Assembly (NCBI GenBank): GCA_963665325.3
Contig: OZ224045.1
Span: 832,001-896,000 of the forward strand
Direction: 5' to 3'
DNA: 64,000 bases
Source: Alphaproteobacteria bacterium
Lineage (GTDB): Bacteria; Pseudomonadota; Alphaproteobacteria; Bin95
A program made the translations under genes and the position numbers. This document shows positions 1 through 13,282 of the stretch, in pieces. Every line of letters starts with the position of its first letter. Positions within the stretch are counted from its first letter, which is position 1. The notes under the pieces are model-generated. The model was given only the letters and a program-made list of their open reading frames with translations, searched no databases and had not been told where the DNA came from.

Positions 1-1
1 C

Positions 2-796
2 TGGCAGAAGAAGTGGCACCTGCGCGCCAACTACTTCCAGGGTTTCGAAGGCGAAATCGACACCCGCCACACGACTTTCCTGCACCGCTTCACCGATTTC
101 TCGACGCTCTCGGCCGGTCTGGCGGCGGCGCACGGCAACTGGCAGCAGGACGGCATGCCGTCCATCCACATCCGCCCGACGGATTACGGCTTCTACTACG
201 GCTCCCAGCGCGATACGGCGGACAGCCTGTTCAACTGGCGCATCACGCAGTGGATCCTGCCGAGCAACTCGATCATCCCGCACCCGAAATACCCGATCTC
301 CTCGCGCGCCTATATCCCGATCGACGACGAGAACAGCTTCGTCTTCGGCACCTCCTATAATCCGGAAGCGCCGATGACGCAGGAAGACCGCGACTATCTG
401 GAAACCGGCCTCGGCGCCGCGCCCCGCACGCTGCCGGGCGGCTTCACGCCCGAGGTCAACCGCGACAACGGCTATATGCAGGACCGGGCCTCGCAGCGGG
501 CCGGCAACGCAACCGGCATTCCCGGCGTCAACAACCAGGACCGCGCCATCGTCGAGAGCATGGGGTCCGTCGTTGACCGCGAGAACGAGCATCTCGGCGC
601 CTCGGACGCCGCGATCATCGCGGCCCGGCGCCGGCTGCTCAAGCTCGCCCGCGACCTCGTCGACGGCAAGGAGCCCCTCCTGCCGCACAGCCCGGCGATG
701 TTCGGCGTGCGCGCCATCGACGTGACGGCGCCGAACCCGGAACTCGACGCCGTGGTGGAACTCTACAGCGACAGGCTCCGCCTCCCGACTGCCTGA
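2..796 (+). CDS. Rieske aromatic-ring oxygenase alpha subunit (phthalate dioxygenase/LigX-like), C-terminal part; 5' end outside window
   Basis: Frame is open from base 2: WHLRANYFQGFEGEIDTRHTTFLH (mononuclear Fe motif ExxxDxxHxxxLH), then NQDRAIVESMG and EHLGASDAAII. Confidence 0.85.
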   Translation, partial: WQKKWHLRANYFQGFEGEIDTRHTTFLHRFTDFSTLSAGLAAAHGNWQQDGMPSIHIRPTDYGFYYGSQRDTADSLFNWRITQWILPSNSIIPHPKYPISSRAYIPIDDENSFVFGTSYNPEAPMTQEDRDYLETGLGAAPRTLPGGFTPEVNRDNGYMQDRASQRAGNATGIPGVNNQDRAIVESMGSVVDRENEHLGASDAAIIAARRRLLKLARDLVDGKEPLLPHSPAMFGVRAIDVTAPNPELDAVVELYSDRLRLPTA

Positions 797-852
797 CGCC
801 CCGGGCCTGCGGAGGAGGATAGCGCCGCCTGTTCCTGTTTTTTTGATAGATA

Positions 853-867
853 TTTCTTGATATGTTC
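853..867 (+). promoter_or_regulatory. Candidate alphaproteobacterial LexA (SOS) box overlapping a -35 element
   Basis: TTTC-ttgatat-GTTC is one mismatch from GTTC-N7-GTTC. It overlaps TTGATA (857-862), with TATTAT at 879-884 just before the ATG at 891. Confidence 0.55.
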
Positions 868-890
868 TATTTCCTCGATATTATTCCCGC

Positions 891-1949
891 ATGCAGACGG
901 TTCGGAAAGGACGGGGAGCGGCGAGCAACCGGAGCGGGCGCTATGAGCGCGAGCGGCCGGAGGCGTTCGACGACGGCTGGGGAACGGCTGACGAGACGCC
1001 GCCGCCGCTGCGCACCAGCGTGGTCGAGGAGGCGCCGCGCAGCATCGTCTCGAAAAACGACTCTCCGGACCTCGGCTTCGACAGGTCGGTCAATCCCTAT
1101 CGGGGTTGCGAGCACGGCTGCATCTATTGCTATGCGAGGCCGACCCATGCCTGGCTCGGACTGTCGCCGGGGCTCGATTTCGAGAGCCGGCTGTTCGCCA
1201 AGCCGACCGCGCCCGAACTACTGGAGAAGGAACTGGCGCGGCCGGACTATCGCTGCCAGGTGCTCGCCATCGGCACCAACACCGACGCCTACCAGCCCAT
1301 CGAGAGAGGCTATGAAGTGATGCGCGGCCTGCTGGAAGTGCTTGCCCGCTGCCGCCATCCGGTCTCGATCACGACGAAGTCCGCCCTCGTGCTGCGCGAC
1401 CGGGATCTGCTGGCGGACATGGCGCGCGAGAACCTCGCCCATGTCACCATGTCGATCACCACGCTCGACCGGCGCCTCGCGCGCAGCATGGAGCCGCGTG
1501 CATCCGCGCCGGGGCGGCGGTTGGAAGCGGTGACCGGGTTGCGGGACGCCGGCGTGCCGGTCTCGGTCAATTTCGCGCCAATCATCCCGGCGCTGAACGA
1601 TCATGAGATGGAGGCGGTGCTGGAAGCCGCTCGGAAAGCGGGGGCGTGCGGCGCCGGCTACACGCTGCTCCGCCTGCCGATGGAGATTGCGGACCTGTTC
1701 CGGGAGTGGCTGGAGGCCCATGCGCCCGACCGGGCGGCGCGGGTGCTCTCCCGTGTGCGCGACATGCGCGGCGGGCCGCTCTACAAGAGCGCCTTCCATG
1801 TGCGCATGAAGGGCGAAGGCGCCTATGCGGAGATGATCTCGAAGCGGTTTGCGATCGCCTGCCGCCGGCTGGGCCTTGAGCGCGGCTACGGGGTGCTGGA
1901 CGAAACCCGTTTCCGCCCGCCCGGCGGACAATTGCGGCTCGATCTCTGA
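891..1949 (+). CDS. PA0069/Rv2578c-family radical SAM protein (spore photoproduct lyase-like, putative DNA repair)
   Basis: NPYRGCEHGCIYCYARPTH (CxxxCxxC), GTNTDAYQPIE, ITTKS, C-terminal GGQLRL. Confidence 0.9.
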   Translation: MQTVRKGRGAASNRSGRYERERPEAFDDGWGTADETPPPLRTSVVEEAPRSIVSKNDSPDLGFDRSVNPYRGCEHGCIYCYARPTHAWLGLSPGLDFESRLFAKPTAPELLEKELARPDYRCQVLAIGTNTDAYQPIERGYEVMRGLLEVLARCRHPVSITTKSALVLRDRDLLADMARENLAHVTMSITTLDRRLARSMEPRASAPGRRLEAVTGLRDAGVPVSVNFAPIIPALNDHEMEAVLEAARKAGACGAGYTLLRLPMEIADLFREWLEAHAPDRAARVLSRVRDMRGGPLYKSAFHVRMKGEGAYAEMISKRFAIACRRLGLERGYGVLDETRFRPPGGQLRLDL

Positions 1950-1950
1950 T

Positions 1951-3683
<1,733 letters not shown>

Positions 3684-3722
3684 TCCCGAAGCACCGAAGC
3701 GGCGGAAAAGGAGCCCGACAGG

Positions 3723-4739
3723 ATGGCAAGCGACAATGCGGACTGGCTGGCGCTGACGGAAGAGGAAGCGCTGGAGCCGGACCTGCCGATCTGCGACCCG
3801 CACCACCATCTCTGGGACGCGCGCCCGGATTTCGTCCAACCGCGCTACCTGCTCGACGAGTTCCTGGAAGACCTCGCCAGCGGCCACAATGTCGTCAGCA
3901 CCGTGTTCATCGAGTGCGGCGCGATGTTCCGCGCCGACGGGCCGGAAGAAATGCGCCCGGTCGGCGAGACCGAGTTCGTGAACGGCATAGCGGCCATGTC
4001 GGCCTCCGGCGGCTACGGTCCGACCCGGATTGCTGCCGGCATCGTCGGCACGGCCTATCTCGACCGGGGCGACAGCGCGGCGGCCGTGCTCGATGCGCAG
4101 ATCGAGGCAGGGCGCGGCCGGTTCCGAGGCATCCGGCAGGGCGTGACCTGGCACGAAAGCGGGCAAGTGCCCAACCACCGCACAGAGCCGCCGCCGGGCC
4201 TGTACGACAGCGCCGGCTTCCGCGCCGGCCTTGCCCATCTTGCGCCGAGGGAACTAACCTTCGAGCTCTGGTGCTACCACACGCAGCTCGAGGAGGCGGC
4301 GCGGCTGGTCCGCGACTTCCCCGACCAGACCTTCATCCTCGATCATTTCGGCGGGCCCATCGGCATCGGCCCCTATGCCGGGCGCGCCGACGAGGTGTTC
4401 GGCCATTGGCGGGAGGCCGTGGCGCCCGTCGCCGCCTGCCCGAATGTCATGGCCAAGCTCGGGGGGCTCGCGATGGAGGTCAACGGCTTCGGTTGGCACG
4501 ACCAGTCGAGGCCGCCGACCAGCCAGGAACTGATGGACGGCTCGCGGCGCTACTACGAGGCGACCCTGGAGCTGTTCGGCACGGAGCGTTGCCTGTTCGA
4601 GTCGAACTTCCCGGTCGAGAAGGTGAGCTGCAGTTACACGGTGCTCTGGAACGCCTTCAAGCGCCTGACCGCCGGCTACTCGGCGGACGAAAAGGCCGCG
4701 CTCTACCACGACAACGCCGCGCGCACCTACCGGTTGTGA
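3723..4739 (+). CDS. Amidohydrolase family protein (Amidohydro_2)
   Basis: ICDPHHHLWD, ILDHFGGP, CLFESNFPVEK. Confidence 0.9.
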   Translation: MASDNADWLALTEEEALEPDLPICDPHHHLWDARPDFVQPRYLLDEFLEDLASGHNVVSTVFIECGAMFRADGPEEMRPVGETEFVNGIAAMSASGGYGPTRIAAGIVGTAYLDRGDSAAAVLDAQIEAGRGRFRGIRQGVTWHESGQVPNHRTEPPPGLYDSAGFRAGLAHLAPRELTFELWCYHTQLEEAARLVRDFPDQTFILDHFGGPIGIGPYAGRADEVFGHWREAVAPVAACPNVMAKLGGLAMEVNGFGWHDQSRPPTSQELMDGSRRYYEATLELFGTERCLFESNFPVEKVSCSYTVLWNAFKRLTAGYSADEKAALYHDNAARTYRL

Positions 4740-4752
4740 CGGCGCAGTGCCC

Positions 4753-6003
4753 TCATCGCACCCGGACGAGGCGGGCGGCGTAGAAGCCGTCCATGCCGCC
4801 CTGCCCGGACAGCATGGAAGGCAGGGTGCGCAGCGCGCCGTCGGGCGCCGCGGCTTCCGGCAGGGCCGGAAAGGCAACCGGCTCCAGCGCGAAGTCGGAC
4901 CGTTCGGCGAGGAAGGCGGCGATCCTCTCGGGGCCTTCCTCCGGTTCCAGCGAGCAACAGGCATAGACCAGCCGCCCTCCAGGCGCCGTGGCGCGGGCTG
5001 CATTGGCGAGGAGGCGGTCCTGGAGTTCGATCAGCCCGTCCAACCGGCGTCCGGCGCGGCGGTGCAGGATGTCGGGATGCCGGCGGATCGTGCCGGTGGC
5101 GCTGCAGGGCGCATCCAGCAGCACGGCCGGATACAGGTCGTCGGGACGCCAGTCGGCGGCGTCGGCTTCGATCCACTCCGCTTCGAGGCCGAGGCGGGCA
5201 AGGTTGACGCGCGCCGCGTCCAGCCGCTGCGGCGCGCGGTCCACAGCGGTCACCCGCGCGCCGGCGGCCGCGAGCTGCGCGGTCTTGCCGCCGGGCGCGG
5301 CGCAGAGGTCGAGCACGCGCTCGCCGGCGACCGGGCCCAGCATCCGCGCCGGCAGGGCGGCCGCCATATCCTGCACCCACCAGCCGCCGTCCTCATATCC
5401 GGGCATCCGACCGATGGCCCCCGGCCGCGCGATCCGCAGCGAGCCGGTCGGCATGGTCTCGCCCTCCGGTAGCGGGCCCGGCGCCTCCGGGCGGCGGAGG
5501 GTGAGGTCAAGCGGCGCCTCCCTCAGATGCGCCTCGGCGATGGCGCGAGCGGCGGCTTCGCCGTAAGCCGCCTCCCAACCCGCCAACAGGCGCGGCGGCG
5601 TGTTCAGCCGGGCGGCGTCCTGTCCTTCGACCAGAGCCTGTCCCTCTCGCGCCGAGCGCCGCAGCACGGCGTTGACCAGGCCTTTCATGTGCGTATCCGC
5701 CAGGCCGACGGCGGTATCGACGGCGGCGTGGGCCGGCACGTCCTCGAATAGAAGCTGCGTCATGCCGAGCATCAGCAGCAGCCGGGTCCGTTCCGCGCGG
5801 CGGGGCAGGGGCCGCGAGAGGAAGCGGTCCAGAAGCGCGTCGATCTGGCCCGCCCGGCGCAAGGTCGTCGCGGCGAGGCGGCGCGCGAAGGCGCGCACCT
5901 CCGGGCTTTCCCTGTCCGGCCCGGCGTCTTCCAGCCGGCCGCCTTCCAGCAGGACGGCGGCGAGCAGGTCGATGGCTAGCGCGCGGGCTGCGCCGCCGGT
6001 CAC
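4753..6003 (-). CDS. rsmB: RsmB/NOP-family 16S rRNA m5C methyltransferase (Sun/Fmu)
   Basis: NusB-like N-terminus (GLVNAVLRR), [37 protein letters not shown]. Confidence 0.88.
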   Translation of the reverse strand: MTGGAARALAIDLLAAVLLEGGRLEDAGPDRESPEVRAFARRLAATTLRRAGQIDALLDRFLSRPLPRRAERTRLLLMLGMTQLLFEDVPAHAAVDTAVGLADTHMKGLVNAVLRRSAREGQALVEGQDAARLNTPPRLLAGWEAAYGEAAARAIAEAHLREAPLDLTLRRPEAPGPLPEGETMPTGSLRIARPGAIGRMPGYEDGGWWVQDMAAALPARMLGPVAGERVLDLCAAPGGKTAQLAAAGARVTAVDRAPQRLDAARVNLARLGLEAEWIEADAADWRPDDLYPAVLLDAPCSATGTIRRHPDILHRRAGRRLDGLIELQDRLLANAARATAPGGRLVYACCSLEPEEGPERIAAFLAERSDFALEPVAFPALPEAAAPDGALRTLPSMLSGQGGMDGFYAARLVRVR

Positions 6004-6926
6004 CCCCAGGGCCCTTTGCGGCGCGGTCCCTGCATCCAGGAGGCGCCGGTCGGCGCACCGCCTGCCTGGCCGGCAGGGCGCGGTCGCTGCGCACGAGCCA
6101 TCTCTCTCAGGGCTCGCACCCGGTTCGCCGTTGAGGGATGGGTGGAGAACAGCTTGTCCGCCCTGTGCGCATGTAGCGGGTTCACGATGAAGAGGTGGGC
6201 CGTGGCGGGATTGCGCTCGGCCGCATGGTTGTCGATGCGGGCCGCGCCCCGTTCCAGGCGCTCGAGCGCCGAGGCGAGCGCCAGCGGGTCGCCGCAGATT
6301 TCCGCCCCCAGCCGGTCGGCCTCGTATTCGCGCGCCCGGCTGATCGCCATTTGCACCAGCATGGCGGCCATGGGCGCCAGAATCGCGATGAGGATGGCAC
6401 CCGCGAAGCCGAGGGGATTGTTACGCCCGCCGCCGAAGAAGAGGCCAAAATTCGCCAGCATCGACGCGGCGCCGGCAACGGTCGCGGTGATCGTCATGAT
6501 GAGCGTGTCGCGGTTCTTCACATGTGCGAGTTCGTGCGCCATCACGCCTTCGACTTCTTTGGGCGAGAGGGTGTGCAAGAGGCCGGTCGTGGCGGCGACG
6601 GCGGCGTTTTCCGGGTTGCGCCCGGTGGCGAAGGCATTGGGCTGGTCGTTGCGGACGATATAGACGCGCGGCATCGGCAGGTCCGCCCGCTTCGCGAGGC
6701 GCTCGACCATGGCGCAGAGTTCCGGCTCGCGCCGCCGGTCTGCCTCTTCGGCGCCGTACATGGACAGCAGCACCCGATCGGAGTTCCACCAGGAGAAGGC
6801 GTTCATTCCAAGCGCGAAGACGAACGCCAGCCCCATCCCGACCGGGCCGCCCAGCATGTAGCCGACGGCGAGGAACAGTCCGGTCAGGCCGGCGAGCAGG
6901 ATGGCGGTGCGGGCAAAGTTCGGCAT
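6000..6926 (-). CDS. htpX: Zinc metalloprotease HtpX
   Basis: [42 protein letters not shown]. Confidence 0.95.
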   Translation of the reverse strand: MPNFARTAILLAGLTGLFLAVGYMLGGPVGMGLAFVFALGMNAFSWWNSDRVLLSMYGAEEADRRREPELCAMVERLAKRADLPMPRVYIVRNDQPNAFATGRNPENAAVAATTGLLHTLSPKEVEGVMAHELAHVKNRDTLIMTITATVAGAASMLANFGLFFGGGRNNPLGFAGAILIAILAPMAAMLVQMAISRAREYEADRLGAEICGDPLALASALERLERGAARIDNHAAERNPATAHLFIVNPLHAHRADKLFSTHPSTANRVRALREMARAQRPRPAGQAGGAPTGASWMQGPRRKGPWG

Positions 6927-6979
6927 GGGCGCGGCGGCTCGGATTGGCAATGGGGATCAGCATGCCATATGTAGGCGTC

Positions 6980-7138
6980 ATGTCGCGCAAATCACGCCCC
7001 GATGAACTGAAGACGCCCGCCGCGCCGCGCCGGCCACCGCGGGATGCCGCCGGTGCGGACAGGCCGGAGAAACCCGAAAGGCCCGACCCGACGCGCTACG
7101 GCGATTGGGAGATCGACGGCCGCTGCATCGACTTTTGA
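6980..7138 (+). CDS. DUF1674 / SDHAF4-like small protein
   Basis: C-terminal [18 protein letters not shown] signature. Confidence 0.9.
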   Translation: MSRKSRPDELKTPAAPRRPPRDAAGADRPEKPERPDPTRYGDWEIDGRCIDF

Positions 7139-8109
7139 CCCCGCTCTGGCGGGCTTGGCTTACCGTCCCGGAGAACCGGACGGCGGCTGCGGAGCGCGTG
7201 TTCGACGGTTGGGCCGATGCCGTCTCGGTCTTCGAGCTCGTATCTGGCGACCGGCCGGGACCCGGCAGCGAAATGCGAGGCCCGGGCTGGGCCGACGAGC
7301 TCTGGCTGGCGAGGGTCTGCGTGGTGGAGGGCATTGCCGCCGAACCGCCGGATGCGGACGAACTATCGCGCCGCGCAGCCGGGGAGGGACTGCCGGCGCC
7401 CGAAACCGCGCCGCTCGCCGAACGCGACTGGGCGGCGGAGAGTCAGGCGGGCCTGCCGGTGCGACGCATCGGGCGCATCGCAGTCGGCGACCCCGACAAG
7501 ACCCTGCCGCCGGCGCCGGTGCGCCTCTTCATTGCCGCGGCGACCGCCTTCGGCACGGGCGCACACCCGACCACGGAGGCGTGCCTTGCCGCGCTCGACC
7601 GGCTCCGGAGCCGGTCGGGGCCCGGCATGCGGCCACGTGCCGTGCTGGACCTCGGCACCGGCACCGGCGTCCTCGCCTTCGCAGCCGCGCGCCTCTGGCC
7701 CGGTATTCGGGTGGCGGCGAGCGATATCGACCCCGCCGCCGCCGCCTTGTTCGCCCGCAACGCCCGCTCCAACGGTTTGCGCCTTCGCGCAGTGCAGGCG
7801 GACGGGCCGGCGCATCCCGCGCTGCGCGGTGCCGCGCCCTACGACCTGGTCCTTGCCAATCTCCTCTACCGGCCTCTCATGCGACTTGCGCCGGAGATCG
7901 CCCGGCTTGCCGCGCCCGGCGGCCTTGTCGTGCTGTCGGGCATTCTCGAGCGCCAGGAACTGCCGCTGCGCCTCGCACTGCGCCGCCAGGGTCTGCGTTT
8001 CCGCCGTTCCCGCCGCCTCGAGGGCTGGTCCACGGTCGAGGCGGTGCGTCCCTGGCGCCGGCTGCCGCAGCATCGGAACGGTTGCCGTTCGCGGCCGTTC
8101 CGCATATAA
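7135..8109 (+). CDS. prmA: Ribosomal protein L11 methyltransferase
   Basis: [35 protein letters not shown]; TTG start overlaps the upstream TGA. Confidence 0.85.
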   Translation: MTPLWRAWLTVPENRTAAAERVFDGWADAVSVFELVSGDRPGPGSEMRGPGWADELWLARVCVVEGIAAEPPDADELSRRAAGEGLPAPETAPLAERDWAAESQAGLPVRRIGRIAVGDPDKTLPPAPVRLFIAAATAFGTGAHPTTEACLAALDRLRSRSGPGMRPRAVLDLGTGTGVLAFAAARLWPGIRVAASDIDPAAAALFARNARSNGLRLRAVQADGPAHPALRGAAPYDLVLANLLYRPLMRLAPEIARLAAPGGLVVLSGILERQELPLRLALRRQGLRFRRSRRLEGWSTVEAVRPWRRLPQHRNGCRSRPFRI

Positions 8110-8149
8110 CTCCTGCGAATATCATCCAATTCCGCAGCGAGTGAAGCCC

Positions 8150-8527
8150 ATGGCGCGCGTCACCGTCGAGGACTGCGTCCTCAAGATTCCGAACCGTTTC
8201 GATCTGGTCATGCTGGCGGCGCAGCGCTCGCGCGACATTTCCGAAGGCGCGGAGATCACACTGGACCGCGACAGGGACAAGAATCCTGTGGTGTCGCTCA
8301 GGGAGATCGCGGAGGAGACCGTCGAGCTCGACGAGCTTGAGGAAGGCCAGATCCGCAGGCTTCTGCGCCACCGCGAGGAAGAGGAAGAGCCGGGCGATGC
8401 GCTCGACATGCTGCCGGCCCCGGATCTCCCCGACAGGCCCGCCGCAGGCGAGGATCTCGACATCAACTCGCTCATGCGCGAGGTGGCCCAGCAGGATGGT
8501 GAGCTTCAGCCCCGCGACAGCGGCTAG
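8150..8527 (+). CDS. rpoZ: RNA polymerase omega subunit
   Basis: [33 protein letters not shown]. Confidence 0.97.
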   Translation: MARVTVEDCVLKIPNRFDLVMLAAQRSRDISEGAEITLDRDRDKNPVVSLREIAEETVELDELEEGQIRRLLRHREEEEEPGDALDMLPAPDLPDRPAAGEDLDINSLMREVAQQDGELQPRDSG

Positions 8528-8596
8528 GAAGCCACATGCCGGGGCGCTGCGGCACTTCCTGCCGCCGAGCGCGGTAAGCGCGTCCGGGTTCGCCAG

Positions 8597-10744
8597 ATGA
8601 TTCGGCAGTACGAACTGATCGAACGCATCAGGGCGTACAACCCCGATGCCGACGAACTGCTGATCAATCGCGCCTACGTCTATGCGATGGTCCAGCACGG
8701 CAACCAGGTCCGTGCGTCGGGCGACCCCTATTTCTCGCATCCGCTGGAAGTCGCGGGGATTCTGGCCGACATCAGGCTCGATAGCGCCTCGATCATCACC
8801 GCCCTGCTGCATGATACCGTCGAGGACACCGACGCCACGCTGGGCGATATCCGCCGGATGTTCGGCAGCGAGGTCGCCCGCCTTGTGGACGGCGTCACCA
8901 AGCTGTCCAGGATCGAATCGCAGTCCACGCGCACCCGTCAGGCCGAGAACCTGCGCAAGCTGGTGCTCGCAATGTCGCAGGATATCCGGGTGCTGCTGGT
9001 CAAGCTTGCCGACCGGCTGCACAACATGCGGACCCTGACCTTCGTCACCGGAGAAGATAAGCGGCGGCGGATCGCAGCCGAGACGCTCGACATCTATGTG
9101 CCGCTTGCCGAGCGGATCGGGATGCAGCACTGGAAGGAGGATCTGGAGGACCGTGCCTTCGCCGTGCTCCAGCCGGAGGCGCGCAGGAATATCGTGCAGC
9201 GGCTCGAACTCCTCGACCGGGAACGGGGCGACCAGGTCGGCAAGATCATCGGGGCGCTGTCGCAGGTGCTCGACGACGCCGGCCTCGAGTCCGAGGTCAC
9301 CGGGCGGCGCAAGCGCCCGCATTCGATCCACACCAAGATGCAGCGCAAGGACGTGTCGCTGGAGCAGGTGTCGGACATCATGGCCTTCCGCATCGTCGTG
9401 GACTCGGAGATGCGGTGCTACGAGGCGCTCGGCCATTTGCATGCCGCCTACCGCGCGGTGCCGGAGCAGTTCAAGGACTACCTCTCGAACCCGAAGGAAA
9501 ACGGCTACCGCTCCCTGCATACGGTGTTGATCGGTCCCGACGGGCATCGGATCGAAGTTCAGATCCGCGACCGCGAGATGCACGAATTCGCCGAAAACGG
9601 CGCCGCCGCCCACTGGCTCTACAAGCAGGAAGGCGGAGGCGTGGACGGGCGCCAATATGAATGGGTGCAGCAGTTTCTCGACATCCTCGAAAGCGCGTCG
9701 AGCCCCGAGGAATTCCTGTCGCACACCAAGATGCAGCTGTTCCCCGACCAGGTGTTCTGCTTCACCCCGAAGGGCGACCTGAAGGCTTTGCCGGCCGGCG
9801 CGACGCTGGTCGATTTCGCCTATGCGATCCATTCCGAGGTCGGCGACCGTTGCGCCGGCGGCCGGGTCAACGGCCGGCAGATGCCGCTGCGCACGGAGCT
9901 GCACAACGGGGACAGGGTGGAGATCGTCACGGCGAAGAGCCTGCGCGTCACGCCGGAATGGGACCGGTTCGTCGTCACCGGCAGGGCGAAGGCGCGTGTC
10001 CGCCGGCATGTGCGGCTGCGCCGGCGCGAAGAGTTCATCAAGCTCGGCCGGCAGCTTCTCGATGCCGAAATGCGCGAAGCGGGGCATGTATGGCGCGATC
10101 GTCAGCTTGCGCCCGTCGCGGTCGGGCGCGAACTAGACTCGCCGGAGGACCTGCTGGCCGCGATCGGCGACGGGCGCATCGCGGCGCGGGAGGTTGTCCG
10201 GGCGCTGTATCCTGAAGCGCCGCTCGATGCCGATACCGAGACGGTGGTCTCCATCGAGCGCGCCCGGCGTCGGCGCGGGGAACGGCCCAGACCGCTGCTG
10301 ATCCGGGGCGTGATCCCCGGCCTTGCCACGCATTTCGCCCGCTGCTGCCACCCGATCCCCGGCGACCGGATCGTCGGGATCATCACTACCGGCAAGGGCG
10401 TGACCGTCCATACCGACGAATGCCTGACCTTGGAGAGCTTCTCGCATACGCCGGAACGCTGGATCGAGCTGGACTGGGAAGACGAACCGGAGCAGGAGCG
10501 GCCGGGCCATGTCGGGCGGATGCGCCTGACGGCCGCCAACAAGCCCGGCACGCTCGCCCATGTGGCCTCTCTGATCGCGGGCAACCAGGCGAACATCTCG
10601 AACCTGAAATTCGTTAACCGGCAGCCGGACTTCTTCGACATACTGATCGACGTCGAGGTCAACGACACACGGCATCTGAACGAGATCATGGCTGCGCTCA
10701 GCGCCCGGCCGGAGATCGCCTCGGTTAAGCGGGCGAAGCGCTAA
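8597..10744 (+). CDS. spoT: Bifunctional (p)ppGpp synthetase/hydrolase (Rsh)
   Basis: HD domain ([20 protein letters not shown]), synthetase ([13 protein letters not shown]), TGS (DFAYAIHS), CC and ACT domains. Confidence 0.96.
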   Translation: MIRQYELIERIRAYNPDADELLINRAYVYAMVQHGNQVRASGDPYFSHPLEVAGILADIRLDSASIITALLHDTVEDTDATLGDIRRMFGSEVARLVDGVTKLSRIESQSTRTRQAENLRKLVLAMSQDIRVLLVKLADRLHNMRTLTFVTGEDKRRRIAAETLDIYVPLAERIGMQHWKEDLEDRAFAVLQPEARRNIVQRLELLDRERGDQVGKIIGALSQVLDDAGLESEVTGRRKRPHSIHTKMQRKDVSLEQVSDIMAFRIVVDSEMRCYEALGHLHAAYRAVPEQFKDYLSNPKENGYRSLHTVLIGPDGHRIEVQIRDREMHEFAENGAAAHWLYKQEGGGVDGRQYEWVQQFLDILESASSPEEFLSHTKMQLFPDQVFCFTPKGDLKALPAGATLVDFAYAIHSEVGDRCAGGRVNGRQMPLRTELHNGDRVEIVTAKSLRVTPEWDRFVVTGRAKARVRRHVRLRRREEFIKLGRQLLDAEMREAGHVWRDRQLAPVAVGRELDSPEDLLAAIGDGRIAAREVVRALYPEAPLDADTETVVSIERARRRRGERPRPLLIRGVIPGLATHFARCCHPIPGDRIVGIITTGKGVTVHTDECLTLESFSHTPERWIELDWEDEPEQERPGHVGRMRLTAANKPGTLAHVASLIAGNQANISNLKFVNRQPDFFDILIDVEVNDTRHLNEIMAALSARPEIASVKRAKR

Positions 10745-10749
10745 CCGGC

Positions 10750-11331
10750 GTGGCAATCCTGGGGCGCAAGAGGCGGCAGGGGCTATCGTCCCGGATCGGA
10801 GGCCTGGTATGGCCGTCCGGCGGCTGGCGGCGCGCGTCGCGGTATCTCACCATGCGCCTCAGCCGCCTCCCGGGCTCGCCCTACTCGCTGGCGGCCGGGT
10901 TTTCCTGGGGCGTGTTCACGTCGTTCCTGCCCTTCCCGGGTCTGCATTTCGTCATGGCCGCGATATTTGCGCTCGCCACCCGCTCGAATGTGCTCGCCGC
11001 CGCCATCGGCACGATCGTTGGCAATCCCTGGACTTTTCCCTTCATCTGGGTCGGCACTTACAAACTCGGCGCATGGCTCGGCTTCGGTGCGGAGGGCGTC
11101 AATTTCGCCGTTACCTGGGGGCGGGCCTTCCAGGCCGGTATCGACGGGCGGTTCGCCACGTTCCTGGAAACGGCGCAACCCCTGCTGCTGGCGATGACTG
11201 TCGGCGGCGCTGTGCTGGGTGCGGTCGCCTGGGGGACGTTCTTCATAATGCTGGCGCCGCTCGTGCGTGCCTATCAGCGGCGTCGCCGCGGTCGAATCGC
11301 GCGCGGGCGCGCAGGGGATGCGGAAGCATGA
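10750..11331 (+). CDS. DUF2062 domain membrane protein
   Basis: [31 protein letters not shown]; usual position between spoT and pdxJ. Confidence 0.85.
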   Translation: MAILGRKRRQGLSSRIGGLVWPSGGWRRASRYLTMRLSRLPGSPYSLAAGFSWGVFTSFLPFPGLHFVMAAIFALATRSNVLAAAIGTIVGNPWTFPFIWVGTYKLGAWLGFGAEGVNFAVTWGRAFQAGIDGRFATFLETAQPLLLAMTVGGAVLGAVAWGTFFIMLAPLVRAYQRRRRGRIARGRAGDAEA

Positions 11332-12056
11332 CAAACCGGCTGAGACTCGGCGTGAACGTCGATCATGTCGCAACCGTCCGCAATGCTCGCGGAACCGCCT
11401 ATCCGGACCCGGTGCGGGCGGCCCGGCTGGCCTGCGAAGCCGGTGCCGACGGGATCACCGCGCATCTGCGCGAGGATCGCCGCCATATCCGCGACGAGGA
11501 TATGCACCGGCTGAAAGAGGTGCTTTCCGTGCCGCTCAACTTCGAGATGGCGCCGACCGACGCCATGGTGGAGATTGCTTCGGCCGTCGCGCCTCACGCA
11601 GTTTGCCTCGTGCCGGAGCGGCGCGAGGAACTGACGACCGAGGGTGGCCTCGACGCGGCGGGTCTCGGCCGCGCCCTGGGTTCCAGGGTCGAGGCCCTGG
11701 CGGCCGCGGGTATCCGGGTGTCGCTGTTCATCGAGCCGGCCCCGGAACAGCTTCAAGCGGCGGTCGCGCTCGGCGCGCCCGTGGTCGAATTGCACACCGG
11801 TCGCTATTGCGAACTGACGGGGCGGGAGCGGCAGGCCGAACTGGAGCGCATCTGCGCCGCGGCGGCGCTAGCGTCTGAGCTGGGCCTCGAATGCCATGCC
11901 GGCCACGGGCTGACCTACGACAATGTGGGCCCCATCGCGGCGATCGGGACGGTGGCGGAACTCAATATCGGCCATTTCCTGGTCGGCGAGGCCATCTTTG
12001 TGGGCTTCGTCGAGGCGGTGCGGCGGATGCGGGCGGCGATGGACCGCTCGCGATGA
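11328..12056 (+). CDS. pdxJ: Pyridoxine 5'-phosphate synthase
   Basis: [37 protein letters not shown]. Confidence 0.97.
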   Translation: MTNRLRLGVNVDHVATVRNARGTAYPDPVRAARLACEAGADGITAHLREDRRHIRDEDMHRLKEVLSVPLNFEMAPTDAMVEIASAVAPHAVCLVPERREELTTEGGLDAAGLGRALGSRVEALAAAGIRVSLFIEPAPEQLQAAVALGAPVVELHTGRYCELTGRERQAELERICAAAALASELGLECHAGHGLTYDNVGPIAAIGTVAELNIGHFLVGEAIFVGFVEAVRRMRAAMDRSR

Positions 12057-12472
12057 TTGTCGGGCTCGGCAGCGACCTGATCGACATCACCCGGATCGAA
12101 CGCACGCTGGAGCGTTTCGGCGAGCGCTTCACCCTGCGCGTGTTCACCGAGGCCGAACGGCGGCGGTCTGACCGCCGGCACCTGCGTGCAGCAAGCTATG
12201 CGCGGCGCTTCGCCGCCAAGGAAGCCTGTTCCAAGGCGCTTGGGACCGGGCTCCGCCAGGGCGTCTACTGGCGCGACATGGGCGTGGTCAACCTGCCGGG
12301 TGGGCGCCCGACGCTCAGCCTGACCGGCGGCGCTGCCAGGCGCCTCGCCAGCCTCTTGCCGCCCGGCACGCGTCCGCGCATCGATCTCACCATCACCGAC
12401 GAGCCGCCGCTGGCCCATGCCCTGGTCATCATCACCGCAGTGCCGGAAGATGCGGCGAATGGCTGCGGTTGA
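12053..12472 (+). CDS. acpS: Holo-ACP synthase
   Basis: [24 protein letters not shown]. Confidence 0.96.
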   Translation: MIVGLGSDLIDITRIERTLERFGERFTLRVFTEAERRRSDRRHLRAASYARRFAAKEACSKALGTGLRQGVYWRDMGVVNLPGGRPTLSLTGGAARRLASLLPPGTRPRIDLTITDEPPLAHALVIITAVPEDAANGCG

Positions 12473-12511
12473 CAGCCGGCCGCCCGGCGGCGTTCTATCC
12501 AGCCCGTATCC

Positions 12512-13282
12512 GTGCCGGCGGCAAACCGGCATTTCCCGTTTCAGGTCGCTGATCCCGTGAAAGAAACCGTCAAGACTATCGTCTATGCCGGTCTGATCGC
12601 GCTTGGCATCCGCAGCTTCCTCTTCGAGCCTTTCACGATCCCTTCCGGTTCGATGCTGCAGACCCTGCTGATCGGCGATTTTCTGTTCGTCTCGAAATAT
12701 TCCTACGGCTACAGCCGCTACTCGCTCCCCTTCGGCCTGCCGATCCTTCCGGGGCCGGGGCGGCTGTTCGGCGAAGGGCCGGAGCGCGGCGATGTGGCTG
12801 TGTTCAAGAACCCCGTCGCGCCGAAGATCGATTTCGTAAAACGCGTCGTCGGCCTGCCGGGCGATACCGTCCAGGTGCGCAGCGGACGCCTGTTCATCAA
12901 CGGCACGCCGGTGGCGCGCGGGCGCCTCGGGCCGACGAGCTACCGCGACAAGTACGGCATCGTGAAAAAGGCGATCAGCTACCGCGAGACACTGCCCAAC
13001 GGCCGGTCATACGAGATTCTGGAGGAAAGCGACTCCGGCCCGGCGGACAACACCCCGGTCTTCAAGGTGCCGGACGGGCACTATTTCGCCATGGGTGACA
13101 ACCGCGACAACTCCACCGACAGCCGCTTCCTCAACCATGTAGGCTACATTCCGGCGGAGAATTTTGTCGGGCGGGCGGAAATCCTGTTCTTCTCCCTCGA
13201 TCACGACACCAGCTTCTGGGAGTTCTGGAGATATCCGAGCGGCGTTCGCTGGGAGCGCATTTTCGACGCGATAGGCCCGTGA
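12512..13282 (+). CDS. lepB: Signal peptidase I (start may be the GTG at 12557)
   Basis: FTIPSGSM, DFVKRVVGLPGD, MGDNRDNSTDSR. Confidence 0.95.
   Translation: MPAANRHFPFQVADPVKETVKTIVYAGLIALGIRSFLFEPFTIPSGSMLQTLLIGDFLFVSKYSYGYSRYSLPFGLPILPGPGRLFGEGPERGDVAVFKNPVAPKIDFVKRVVGLPGDTVQVRSGRLFINGTPVARGRLGPTSYRDKYGIVKKAISYRETLPNGRSYEILEESDSGPADNTPVFKVPDGHYFAMGDNRDNSTDSRFLNHVGYIPAENFVGRAEILFFSLDHDTSFWEFWRYPSGVRWERIFDAIGP

Noticed and set aside
7877-10087. Long antisense and alternate-frame ORFs (for example 7877-10087, 31932-34286, 58174-60486)
   Set aside because: Shadow ORFs expected at high GC, overlapping well-supported genes.
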